A stretch of 63,310 nucleotides of DNA, filler included, from Lenisia limosa (lineage: Eukaryota > Protista > Breviatea): the NCBI GenBank assembly GCA_001655205.1. It is 4 parts of 4 records of this genome, joined end to end, with 100 filler letters (N's around TTAATTAATTAA, not from the genome) between each part and the next. Parts side by side here need not be neighbours in the genome. Positions count along the whole stretch, not along the records: positions 1 to 31,325 come from LPNZ01010980.1; positions 31,426 to 49,362 come from LPNZ01004048.1; 2 more parts are not named here. The stretch is one strand, 5' to 3'. This document shows positions 28,507 to 39,650 of the stretch, in pieces. Numbering within the stretch: position 1 is the stretch's first letter; every line of letters starts with the position of its first letter. The notes below the pieces were generated by a model. That model made no database searches. It saw only the letters and a program-made list of their open reading frames with translations, and was not told where the DNA came from. Made by a program: the position numbers and the translations under genes.

Positions 28507-28807
28507 CTTGGCACTCTTAAGTGGTTCCTCGTATCAAAGAACAAACAACACAAAAGAAAGCAAAGAAAGAGATTTTTTTACAAAAAACTTGAATAAATTT
28601 TAAAAGATGGGGGTACGCAGAATCCGCATCCACCCTACACTTCAACCTTGAACACCTCCATCCCCCCACAACCAACCCACAACCCAACACCACACCCCAC
28701 CAAGCACCTGCAGTGCAGCACACCAAAAGTGACACCACCAAGCACACACCAACACCAAACAACAAAAGACAGCAGCGCTACCGTGAACCTCATATATTGT
28801 GGCTGCT

Positions 28808-29787
28808 ATGGATTACGTGAAGCAAGTCCTATGTTTCTCTGCTGCTGCGGCTGGATGGTTGGATTTGATGGATATTCATTGTATTGGCTGGTAACTCAAA
28901 TCCAGTTTGTCATCAATCATCACTAATTCATACAGTGCTGTTGGTGTGGTCATTCGGCCAATCGTTCCTAGTCTGTTTTACAAGGGCACCAAGTTCAACA
29001 AGGACCAAATTGAGATCACACGAGGCAGGGAGCAACTTCTTTCACTTGGCGGCGAGGAACATGTGATACCCATGACATATGTTGGTTTAAATGAACAATC
29101 AAAAGGGAATTGACATTGGCGTAATCGAATTGTGATTCTCTTTTAGGATGATGCTGTTATTCTTCTCCAAGCGTATTTAATACCTTATTCTGACTTTCGA
29201 AACCGAATAAGCAAACTTGAAGATAGTCGTATGTGGATGTTGCTTTGAATAGTCTGAAATTGAACGGTTGAATGATGGTGTCATTGTTTATTGTCCATTT
29301 CTGACATTTCTCATTCCCCTTTAACCACACCTCAGATATGGTAATAGATCGTCCTGAAGGTTCAGTGTATATGGCGCTGGAGGATTTTCTTGATACCCCT
29401 GGCGGCTCCATTCCTTCATTTTTGGTAAGTATTTCGATATTTGCGTAATTGACATGATTTCTCTAGGGGTTTAGAATATGAGAAACCTCTCTGAGGGAGT
29501 CACAAATTGGATTTTATTATTGATTGTGATAGAGAGTTAATATTTTCGCGGAAGAAAGTTTTCCGCAATCAGATTATGATTTTGATTTTCAAAATATTTG
29601 GAACTGATTTTTGTGACGGGTGAGAAATCTTTGTTTTTCGTTATTTTGGTTCTTTGTTTTATTTTGTTTTGACTGTTTCATAATTATTCAAACACAATGT
29701 ATTACATATGATATTAATGGAGTGTAATTTACTGTCTCTAGAGCAAAACACCAGCAGCGTCGAAGGGAACTGTTATCATGTTTATTG
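28808..29787 (+). CDS. Hypothetical multi-exon ORF divergent from CCT3, 3' end unresolved
   Basis: Phase-compatible exons MDYVKQVLCFSAAAAGW...|AVGVVIRPIVPSLFYKG...|DDAVILLQAY...|HMVIDRPEG...|SKTPAASKGTVIMFIG. The last motif weakly recalls an alpha/beta-hydrolase strand; no stop found before the repeat at ~29890. Confidence 0.5.
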
Positions 29788-29889
29788 GTATGGAACTATA
29801 TTCCTATATACAACATGATATAATACACTATTTCATTGAAAAAGTTTTTCCTGAAATATGAATGCATTTCAGCTTGACAAAGACCTTAA

Positions 29890-30194
29890 CAAATCAAGGT
29901 GTCGGGTCAGCGTGTGAAACCTCGGGGCTCTCCCAGGCACTTTTGTTTCTCAAATTAGGGTTTGTTGGTTTCCGTACCTTAACTACCTGGGCTATTGTGC
30001 CGGAGCTTTTGTCCTTATTCATGAATCTTATCCCTGTAGGTATGCTGGGGAGGCACGCAGAAAGCTGTGTGCACAGAGTTGTAAGGCAAATGATTGTGCG
30101 AATTACTATTATACTATAATCCAATATCTCTTATCAGCGTGATGGTGTGGACGGCTCCGGCCAGATACATCCTTATTTTTTTATTTCTCATTGC
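29890..30194 (+). mobile_element. Longest copy of a TA-flanked dispersed repeat carrying a GIY-YIG-like remnant (possibly Penelope-like)
   Basis: Homologous to 32211-32410 and to the reverse complement of 51286-51403; one frame reads ...PCRYAGEARRKLCAQ; ends gatggtgtggacggc..ggccagatac..ccttattttttatttctcattgc followed by TATATA. Confidence 0.55.
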
Positions 30195-30331
30195 TATATA
30201 TATTTGTTCATGCATAGTATGTATGATATCTGATAGTATGGACATACATACATAAATTACGGGCATATGTTGCTCTGTGGATTAATTGATACGAAATCAA
30301 GAGCTTAACCGATTCTCTTTTAACTCACTAG

Positions 30332-31245
30332 GTGAACGACGACTCTGTCTTCCACAACGATGAGGTATGTTATTCTATTTCTGGGCATTTTGACACGCTG
30401 TGTGTCACTGTTTTCTTTTGAAATTTGATAGTATTCCCATTACCGTTCGTTTCATTCTCTTTAGACTCATATTGAGGCCCTTAACAAGGCTGCTGACGGC
30501 ATGTGGACTGCTGGTGCCTACCCCTCTCTTGAAGGTAAATGTGGCCTTTGCTCATCGACCAATTGCTCAATCTTTTGAATATTTTCTCGTGCAGCGTCAT
30601 CCCCTTACTATATTAGGAATGGTCAACTCCGAGGTCCGTATGCGCCACAGTTCCGGACGCCGCCCCGCTGGCATGCCCTCCGCCCTCCCCACCGATCACG
30701 GCATGGCTTCTCAGTTCCCCTCTCACTTCGACTGGCGGTAAGAGGAGTGTTAATGAGAAATCCTGTTGCTACTGTCATTCTAGCCATTGGAGTTGCCAAT
30801 TAGCATTGCAGCTAACGCACATTGACCGCTTAGTGGCCGCATCGGTCCCGTCCGCAACCAAGGCCAATGCGGCTCTTGCTACACCTTCGGCTCCTCTGAG
30901 ATGTTCGAGGATATGCTCCACATTTCTTCCGAGGGCAAGGTTTGTGTGGGACGGGAAAATAGGAAACCATTTTGATTAGTAGCCCCTTTTCCTCAACTGA
31001 AATTGACTGTTCAGATCAACGTTGACATTGCTGAGCAACATGTTGTCTCCTGCTCCCCTTACTCCCAAGGATGCGAAGGAGGGTATGTGGGAAGCACTGA
31101 CATTTAGCCCGCTCTGGTCTGCAAACTGACCTCCCCAGATTCACCTACCTTGTTGGCAAGTTCTTCTTTGACTTCGGCGGAGTTGACGAGTCCGTGTACC
31201 CCTACAAGGCCATGGATACCCCTTGCAAGAACATCGGCAGCGCCC
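30332..31245 (+). CDS. CTSC: Papain-family cysteine protease, cathepsin C (dipeptidyl peptidase I)-like; partial, truncated by scaffold end
   Basis: FPSHFDWR|GRIGPVRNQGQCGSCYTF (catalytic Cys), EQHVVSCSPYSQGCEGG|FTYLVGKFFFDFGGVDESVYPY...PCK, as in cathepsin C. Catalytic His/Asn lie beyond 31325. Confidence 0.85.
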
Positions 31246-31369
31246 GTCTGAGGGATAGAGAACTTTACATTGAGAGCTTTTGTTTACGAGTGTTGTTTCG
31301 CCAATGTGGATAGGTATCTTCCCGTNNNNNNNNNNNNNNNNNNNNNNNNNNNNNNNNNNNNNNNNNNNN

Positions 31370-31381
31370 TTAATTAATTAA
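31370..31381. other. Artificial scaffold linker TTAATTAATTAA in a 100-bp N spacer (also 49407-49418 and 54661-54672)
   Basis: Each copy is flanked by exactly 44 N on both sides; the 12-mer has stops in all six frames. Confidence 0.95.
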
Positions 31382-31534
31382 NNNNNNNNNNNNNNNNNNN
31401 NNNNNNNNNNNNNNNNNNNNNNNNNAAAACAATTTCAGTTAAAAAATCGGGTAAAATCGGGTTTAGTGTCGGTAGCATATATATAATTATGTATAATATA
31501 CATCTTACATAATCTAATACGCACTGTGGAAGCG

Positions 31535-31650
31535 TGACACGCAGGTCCACAACACCCAAGACAATAGCTACCTCCCTGTAGGTGATCCTCCTCTCCTTGT
31601 TAGTCCAAGTGTAGTCTTCGTCCATGAGGAGGTCACGATTACGGTACCTA
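31535..31650 (-). repeat. Dispersed coding-like fragment (RDLLMDEDYTWTNK), second copy at ~41270-41312 on +
   Basis: cgtgacctcctcatggacgaagac is identical at both loci; probably a transposon fragment of unknown family. Confidence 0.55.
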
Positions 31651-32210
31651 TCCTAAAGAATCATACAGATCAAGCAGAAAAAATATATATGGAACAGAAA
31701 CAAGGAAACCATATTGACCCTATATACCCACGCTATCTGCAATTATCACAAAAATCCACAACTGGTATACAGATTAGCAGTCATAGGAATCATATATCAT
31801 TACTTCAATATACAATAAACGCAGTCCACATATCCATTCTACTATTAAACGTGTTACGGTCGATTGTGTTCTCAACTGAGACAATTCGGCCACGCTGCTC
31901 GTCTTATCCGAACCCTCAATATTAATGTACTATATAATTGTACATTCCTCAAGAAGTTGACGATATCATTCATTTTCAAATTTAAGTTTTTATTTATGAC
32001 ATCCCCCATCGAACAAAACTAAGGGCGCTTCTCCAAAGCGACCTCACTGGCCTCATAGACAAGGAGATCTCTCCACCTGAGACCCAGTCCTCCTATAACC
32101 TGTTCTCCTTTGAGGACTTTATGAATATTTACGATAATATTAGACTTTGATGTCTGCAATTCTAGCTGTCTTGCACCTCTTAATCTGTGGCATAAGACCG
32201 ATTTAGGAGG

Positions 32211-32410
32211 GCCTACCTGGGTTATTGTGCAGGAATTTTTGTCCTTATTCATGAATCTAATCCTTGTGGGTATGCTGGGGAGGCACACGTGCACAGAGTT
32301 GTAAGGCAAATGATTGGGTGAATTAATATACAATCATTCAACATCTTTTTTAAGCGGGATGGTGTGGACGCTTTGGCCAGATACAACCCTGGTTTTTTTT
32401 TTCTCATTGC
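32211..32410 (+). repeat. Copy of the TA-flanked GIY-YIG-like repeat
   Basis: Aligns by eye to 29985-30194 with a short internal deletion. Confidence 0.8.
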
Positions 32411-33119
32411 TATACATATGATATATGTATATATATAAGAGAAAACCAACCCGTGAGAGGCTTGGGGGAAGAGTATCCAGGAGAAAGCGAAAGTGATAGT
32501 CAACTAAAGAAGTAAATTATGATGTACAATAGAGCATTAGCACTTTAATGCTTTAGAATCGAGGGATTCAACGAGAGCAGTCACTCAAACCAGATTTATG
32601 GCCCCACTTAAACATTCCTCTAACATCCCACACACTTAACATAAAGCCAAAAAAAAGCTCAGAGATAATGGGTTCCTGGGAGAATAGCCAGCCAATTGAT
32701 GGTGGCCCGTAGTGCACGTCGCCTCCAGACGAAGAGACAATGTCTCCATTTGTAAAAAGACGCTCTTTAAGTCGCCAACACATTTATAAATTGATGTTTT
32801 AACAGTTTTCATTATAGCAATAAAAGGGAGGGAAAATAAGAAAATTTCAATTTCAGAGTTGGCAAATATGGGAGGCCCCCAGAAAATATTCAGCTTTGTA
32901 AGCTGATTTTTACAGTAGTAGATAAATTATACTAAATAAACGAAACTTTAGGTTGATAATCCGGCGAAAGCATCATTCCAAAGGTCTCACCTCGCCACCG
33001 TCGCCCTTTTAATGAAGAACTTTCATTTGCAATAACAATTTTGAGGAAAATGAGAAAACCAAAAAATGACATTTCCAATCATTCCCCTCGTGTATATATT
33101 TGCTCATATCTACTCGTCA

Positions 33120-33460
33120 GAGATATGGATGGTCTCGTTCGTCACTTTGAACATTTAAATAATCGGTATTTTATTATCATCTTTGACAGGGTTTGACTGT
33201 CGAGAATTTAAATAGCGGAAACAACTTTGTGTGGTTAAGATAGAGTGCTACCACCTAATACATTTCTGAACTCATCCATATATTGGTGATATTATTGTTC
33301 AGTACTTGCCAAATTCTTTATGGGGCGCATTAAGGCTGCTATACAGTATATTTTGGCAATCTACACGTTGAACGAGGTTGACTGGGATCTGTATCTTCCA
33401 TTGTGTCTAGCTGCAATTCGCACATCACCGGCACTTCTCCTTTTCGTCGTTTTTTCGGCT
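33120..33460 (+). mobile_element. Degenerate Ty3/Gypsy integrase core fragment
   Basis: ...ILAIYTLNEVDWDLYLPLCLAAIRTSP / GTSPFRRFFG matches the integrase dW..Lp...ayrt...tg.SPf..lfG pattern; stops and frameshifts present. Confidence 0.6.
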
Positions 33461-34237
33461 TAAAGCGAGATGAACCGTTTAGGGATATTGCTTACATTCC
33501 AGAGAGGAAAGCTTGAGACAGCACGAAGACCCTCTGTTTCATAGAAAGCCAAAATTTCAGGAGACCACTTGCTCTCAGCTTCCTCCTCAACTGATTGATT
33601 ACGCTGAAGACCTGTCTTTTGGTGAGCATCATGAACCGGGTTTAGGAATGAAATTCAAGTCAATAATCGTTCAAAGGAAATAATGTGAAATGGTATAATA
33701 GCCTTCTTTACTTCTTATTCTGCCAGTCTTGTATTGATAACTTCTCTATAGCTATTGAGAGCTTAAAGCCGCGACAGGTTGGACTGTTTCTTCTGACCCC
33801 CAGACAATGTCCATTCCTGTGAACCTGCTGGGAGCCCTCGATTCATTGGGCAACGCTGCTCGGTGTTTTGTTTTGACTGTCACAGGAGAAACATGGACGG
33901 CCGTTTTTGGTTCCGGATGACCTGTACTCAAAGATGCATCAAGAACCTTTTGGACATGTGATGCCGTGTTTTTAATAGATTAAAAAAAAAATAACTTTTC
34001 AGGGTAAGGCGTAGATCATTAAAATTGCTCTAATTGATTAACATTGGAAGGGTTCTTTCCTCAAGAGTATCTCAGAAGAGGGTTCTGCTTCTAAATCTCA
34101 AGAGAGTGAAAGAGCACTGTTTCGGGGAGGTGCCGCTGGAGGTTGCCCGAAAAAGTAACGCCAACCAAGAGACATAGGAGTTGGGTAGGAGAAATGGATT
34201 AAGTGATTGCTCAGAGTGTGTCCAACAAACGCAGCGT

Positions 34238-35230
34238 CTAAAAGACAAAGCCCAAGGCGCGGATCCCTTTCCTGAAAACAACAAGAGGAAACAAGTATTC
34301 TGGTTCTGCTGGATGTTCATACAGAATATGGAGGCGCCTACCATTCGCCATGATGTTCGTTACAGAAGGCTTTATCAACATTGATCGGCTGAGCATGATT
34401 ACAGGAAGGATAGTACGCGGAACAATAAACCGGAGGAGAGCTTCAGAAGTCTTGTTTTGCCGTCCTCTTATGACCTGATAATCAGAAAATCCGTTTGGGT
34501 GTAACAGAGGCTCCAACAACACCCACATTGGACTTGAAAGAGAAGACAAATTGTTGATATGAGAGTCTAAGCTTTTGCATTGCAAGAAGAGACTGAAAGG
34601 CCATCAAAATACCCCTTTGGCTGTTCACATGGGCACACAACCCAATAAACCAACCTTTTAACGGAATGCATCGGGGATTCGTCGAATCTCAACAACATTG
34701 TGCAGTGATCCGAAACGTCACTCCCTCTTGAGGTTAGCCAGGACAAACGGGTGCGGACCTCAAGTTGGTCTTTGGTCATCACTTGAGATTGAGGTCAGTC
34801 TGTTGCTGTAGTATGCTGCATAATCCAGCGAATACTGTTTACATTTCACCCCTTATACTCAGTGGAGCGGATTCACCTGTTTGTGACGTTTGCACACAAT
34901 ATGTCCCAATCTCATAGTGCTGATAGTAAGCAGTAAAAGGTTACGGTACTACATATAGCCTATAATGGGAGGGCAGGGAATCACATCAAGTCACGACAAA
35001 TAACGTGAAACTTTATAATGTGTGAGAACTCACAAAATACCTCTGTAGCCTTATAATAACCTGCAATGACTGTAGCGCGCAATTATCTGTAGTTCAAATG
35101 ATGAACTCGGACCTACTTTCAGATTGGTCACAAATGGGCACAAACAATCATCTTGTCAAATTAAGCCACAACAGGCCCCCATAAGATCAGCACACCCTTG
35201 ACAAAACTTGCCTCCACTGGGTTTGTACGA
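34238..35230 (-). mobile_element. Degenerate Ty3/Gypsy pol fragment (RNase H to integrase zinc-binding region)
   Basis: YAAYYSNRLT, SDHCTMLL...KRLVYW (TDH..L...RL.RW), FDGLS, then LLRFIVPRTILPVIM (RLxVP); frameshifted. Confidence 0.55.
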
Positions 35231-38200
35231 CGGCGGAATCAGGAATATGTTACACAAAATAGCATAATCTAGTCAAGCACAACGACGGGGAGACCACAAG
35301 AGATGAGAACAAGATCGGAAAATAATAATAAAAAAAAAGGATCGAGCATCAGATCAACCCTCGATTACACAAAAAAAAAATTGAAAAATTGAAAATTTGC
35401 TTCCTCAAGAGCCCTCCTTACTCATACTCTTCTCTTCTTAGATTTGATACTCCCACGGAAGCACAACCCTAGAAGATGGAAAATTCGGAAATTTTGTTAC
35501 AATTACCGGTTGCCTAAGCTCCGGGTCTTCGTATCAATAGGAGCAGAGGATAAGTTCAGACAGCACAGAAGCGCCACATAAGAACGACACAATCTCCCGT
35601 TCTAATGTGTCGGAATTTAAACCTAGATTAAACCGAGATTGGAATGGTCAGGGGAGGTAGCGTCGCAGAATACATGATATACTATGCGCATATACAACAT
35701 TCAGAAGACTTGGGGGTAAGAGAGAACGTTAAAATGAAGGCAAGGGAAAGCAAAGTAACTTTTCTTATTACGACGTCTGAGTGTAAATAAAGGTCAAAAA
35801 ATACAGATGAGGAACAACAATTATGACATTTGTGGTTTTAATTCTTCCAAACTAGATTTCCCACATACTGGGAGCGTAGTCAATATGAGAGCACGTTTAT
35901 TTCTAACTTACTGCTCCAAAAGCAGTCTGGCTGTAGCTGCACCCTGAGGTTGACCAGCCCGTTTTATTCTTGAGTAATTTTACTCACCTTTTAACGAATT
36001 GGATTTGTAACTGGGATTTAGTTAGGTTAATTTTTGGGAACCACATTTGTTGCTTAGCCCAGACTCTGCTCCATCTGGATCACCGATGTCTTGTTGTAGA
36101 AGAATAAATGAATAACACTAAAGTTGAGACAAACAGTTACTTTTGAAGATCAGTTTAGCTGGTGGAACTTAAACCCTACATTGCCTTTAACTATTACATT
36201 TCCTACATCTTTTTACCTTTTTTCATCAATTAGATTTTCTTCAGGGTATTTTGTCAGTGAATCCTGCGAATCGATTTGGAATATTGGAAATAAAAGGACA
36301 TTCATGGTTTTTGTATGTTTTTTTCTTTTCACGTTTAGGCGAGCAAACAGGTTCTTCAGTCTTGCTAAGAGTACTTCTGGTATGAGGAAATTCATCTTTA
36401 CCCCAAAAATCGCATACAGTTGTTATTATGAGACTGTTTTGAGCATTATACCACAATACCATCGAAGAAAAGCGAAAAACAAAAAAAGAAGTTAAAAAAA
36501 TCAATCAGAACATGAGCCAAATGTGTATTCTAAACCTTTCCTCTATCATTTTTCCTATATCCCCGAGGATCCCCGCAAATTCACCAACAATGCAGCTTCC
36601 ACTCTCCACGTGGTGTCAAACAATTGATGTTACTCCACAATATGAAACAATAGATGTTATAATATTGAGAAAATATGGTATTTTTTTTTCAGATATGATA
36701 TGCATATTTATACATACCATATGTAGTATTATAAATCTGACTTTTAATAAATATTATCTACATAAACAGATAAACTGTACATATGATGAATATTTATGTG
36801 TGTACATATCATACCATAACATGTGATATAGTGTCATATGCTCCCGGACATAAACTGTGACTGTTATGATTATTTCTTCTTTTCGAATCTCTATTTCAAA
36901 TTATGCAACACCAGGCTGCAAAAAAATCACTTTATTCACCTCTGTTCCGTGCTGACGAGTCAAATACAAGAAAAACCAACTGTCTTTGAGCCTTTTACAA
37001 AGCCTTTTCGGGTTGATAAAATTGATTGTGTAACCTTGGCCTTGATCATCTTACTGGTATTATCTCTCATGCACTGCTAGTGGGTTTTTCCCATTCCGTC
37101 CGCCCGGAATGCATATCATAGACTTCTTTCACCGCTGACGAAAACCTGCCGAAGCTTCACTGGAAACTCTTTAACGCGCTATTGACAACAAAAAGCTGAT
37201 GGACTTGGTATAAAATTAGCACTTGAAAGCTCATACCCTTCCAATTCAAAAAGATGTATATATATCCCTAATATAACTCTATTTGTCTCTCTCTCTCTCT
37301 CTCTTTCTTCTAATCATTGATTAGGACACGTGGAACATTTCCCGATTGAAGGTCTCATTTTTAACCTTCGCGATGAGGCCATTTTTGATACCTTCGTGAT
37401 GAATAATCAAGTGATCAAATTCCTTTAAAATAACAATTATTCCCTTGAGAGCCTGTGCACCAAGCTCAGGTCATTGCCAATGACTTTATCATTGGTTAAA
37501 ATGATTGAGCATTCTGGAGATGTTTGGGGTTCTGGAAGCCTTGACAAGGACATATTCGGGTTTTTTTTTTTATTTCTCAGAAGTTATCAAAAACAATAAT
37601 GATTATGAAACCAGCAAAAAATGAATGTATTCTATCCAGGATTCCGAAGCTCAGCGAGCTTAGGAAGGCCAGGTGATGTGTTTGGGTAAACACGAACCTT
37701 GCGTCCTCCAAGGCCGCAATAGGGCGATTGTTTCCTCAAAAAAAAAAAAANNNNNNNNNNNNNNNNNNNNNNNNNNNNNNNNNNNNNNNNNNNNNNNNNN
37801 NNNNATTGACCAGGTGACGACCTGCTGACACAATTAGTTTGTTTTTTTACCGAAAATGGTATCCACTAAATTAGCCAAAAAAATAAAGGATTAAGTTCTT
37901 GAATCAAACGTGCAACATATATCAACGGGGACAAGAAACCAATTCTTGGCGTTTTGACTACAGATCAATAGAAAAGCAGTGCTGTAATCCTTGAAAATTT
38001 TATTTTTTGGAGGTTAGTTTAGTGACCTTCGGTTTTGCTTTTTGGATATAGTCTGAAAAACGTTAGAAACGGTAACTGTGATACTCATCTCATCTTATGT
38101 GAACCAGTGTGGGGACTTCAACCATTACGTTAAGTTTTGGCCTTGGTTCCCTTCTCCCCTCCTTTGACAGTTATATATACATGTATACTATGCTTAGGGT

Positions 38201-38519
38201 CCTAAATGAAGTNNNNNNNNNNNNNNNNNNNNNNNNNNNNNNNNNNNNNNNNNNNNNNNNNNNNNNNNNNNNNNNNNNNNNNNNNNNNNNNNNNNNCCTT
38301 GACGTCGCTCTCCTTACAAACAACCTACAAAGTTAGTCTATCAACAGTTCTCAATGCATAAAGCAACAAGCAAACACACCTCTCCTTTGGCAAGGATCGC
38401 TACACGGTGTCCTGGTGAAATATGAAGGAAGGAAAGGAACTTGGTCACGTTCTTAATAATAGCACTTTTTGAAGTTGAAATTTGGGCCGTGCGAGTAATT
38501 GCAGAAGCCATTTTAGAAG

Positions 38520-39115
38520 CCATTTCTTCGGAATTGGCGTCAAATGCGCATGTACCTGGAAGACAGACGTGATGCGGAGAAACCTCATAGATGCGGCAGC
38601 CATCATTGCAGCTGCTTTGACAAATTCGGGAGAAGGTGCATCCTCTTCAACCACAGCGGCCGCCTGGATTGCAAGCGCTTGTTCAAACGCAAGTCGTCCT
38701 TCTGGAGTGGCGGTGTTAATATCGGTCATGGCCTTGGCCTTCTCCAGAGCAGTTGGCTTGCAGGTCATTCGAGGATAGGCAGGGGTGCATTGAAGGGTGC
38801 ATGGGTGTTGGTAAAAGTGAAGAGTGCATTAAGATATTGAGAAGTTGGTTTGGGGTATTCTTGAGAGGGTGGAGGGCGGAAGATGGAACCTTTGTTGTAC
38901 AGGTGTGGGGAATGCGTAAGGGGTTGTAGCCTTCCAGTTCATAACCACATGCCTTCTGGGATAAGTAATTATTCACAAAAAGAACAATAGCAGTAACATA
39001 AATAACAAGTTTTGTCAAAACACTCACCTTCCTGCGTTACTTGACTTCCACTCCGCAATTTGTGAATACACTTGATGGTTCACCTTGGTTGGCGTGGTAG
39101 TGGGAATCTGCCACC
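38520..39115 (-). CDS. Hypothetical exons, possibly the continuation of the HECT-like pseudogene
   Basis: Open, exon-like segments with GT donors (AGGAAG|gtgagt at ~39027, TTCCAG|gtacat at ~38557), e.g. TALEKAKAMTDINTATPEGRLAFEQALAIQ. No family recognised. Confidence 0.3.
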
Positions 39116-39189
39116 TGGATTGTTATTATTAATTCACTTGAGATTATGTTCAGATTTCAACAGAGCACATATTCTACCAGAGTAAATAT

Positions 39190-39650
39190 CAAGCGCTATA
39201 TATAGTATAAAGAAATTACTATGATCAATGCCACATTTACAAACCTGCAAGAAGTGGCTGGTAAAAGATGGCTCAATAATGTAAACAATCCCGTAAAGCA
39301 AGAAGATTGCAGAGCACGCCTAGTACTGTGAGAGAGATTCCAGATCAAAATCATAATAAAAAAACCAGCATACTTCGATCGTGGCATGGATCCGTGCTCC
39401 ATCTCCAATCATAATTAGAAGATCTTCTGGGGATGACCGCTTATTCGGCTGACAGCCTCAATACAGGGAAGAAAGGCTTCAGTTAAAAGTACGCTGAGCT
39501 ATTCACTCCAATTGCCTCCATATTCCAGTCCTGCGCCGCCAAAATCGACTCGGGCTTTGGGGGGAAAAGCACGGGTGATTCAAGGGGGTTGTTTTCTTGG
39601 AGCCACTTTAGTAGTGGAATTTTTGAATAAATGCCTTCATTTAGGACGCT
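39190..39650 (-). pseudogene. HECT E3 ubiquitin ligase-like fragment with an in-frame stop
   Basis: ARVDFGGAGLEYGGNWSE*LSVLLTEAFLP aligns to the HECT N-lobe pattern F..E.GLDYGGV.REWF.LL..E.FNP; TAG sits at the conserved Trp position. Confidence 0.5.

Noticed and set aside
31326-31425. TTAATTAATTAA palindrome recurring three times inside N runs
   Set aside because: Artificial contig-joining spacer (44 N + 12 bp + 44 N). Not biological, and neighbourhoods across these joins carry no synteny information.
36100-37740. Exon-like open segments on the minus strand
   Set aside because: No recognisable motif or consistent splice chain.
39480-39520. In-frame TAG in the HECT-like frame as stop-codon reassignment
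   Set aside because: TAG terminates RPA12 at its conserved C-terminus (and probably SAC9 and the FReD gene), so the standard code applies; a pseudogene is simpler.
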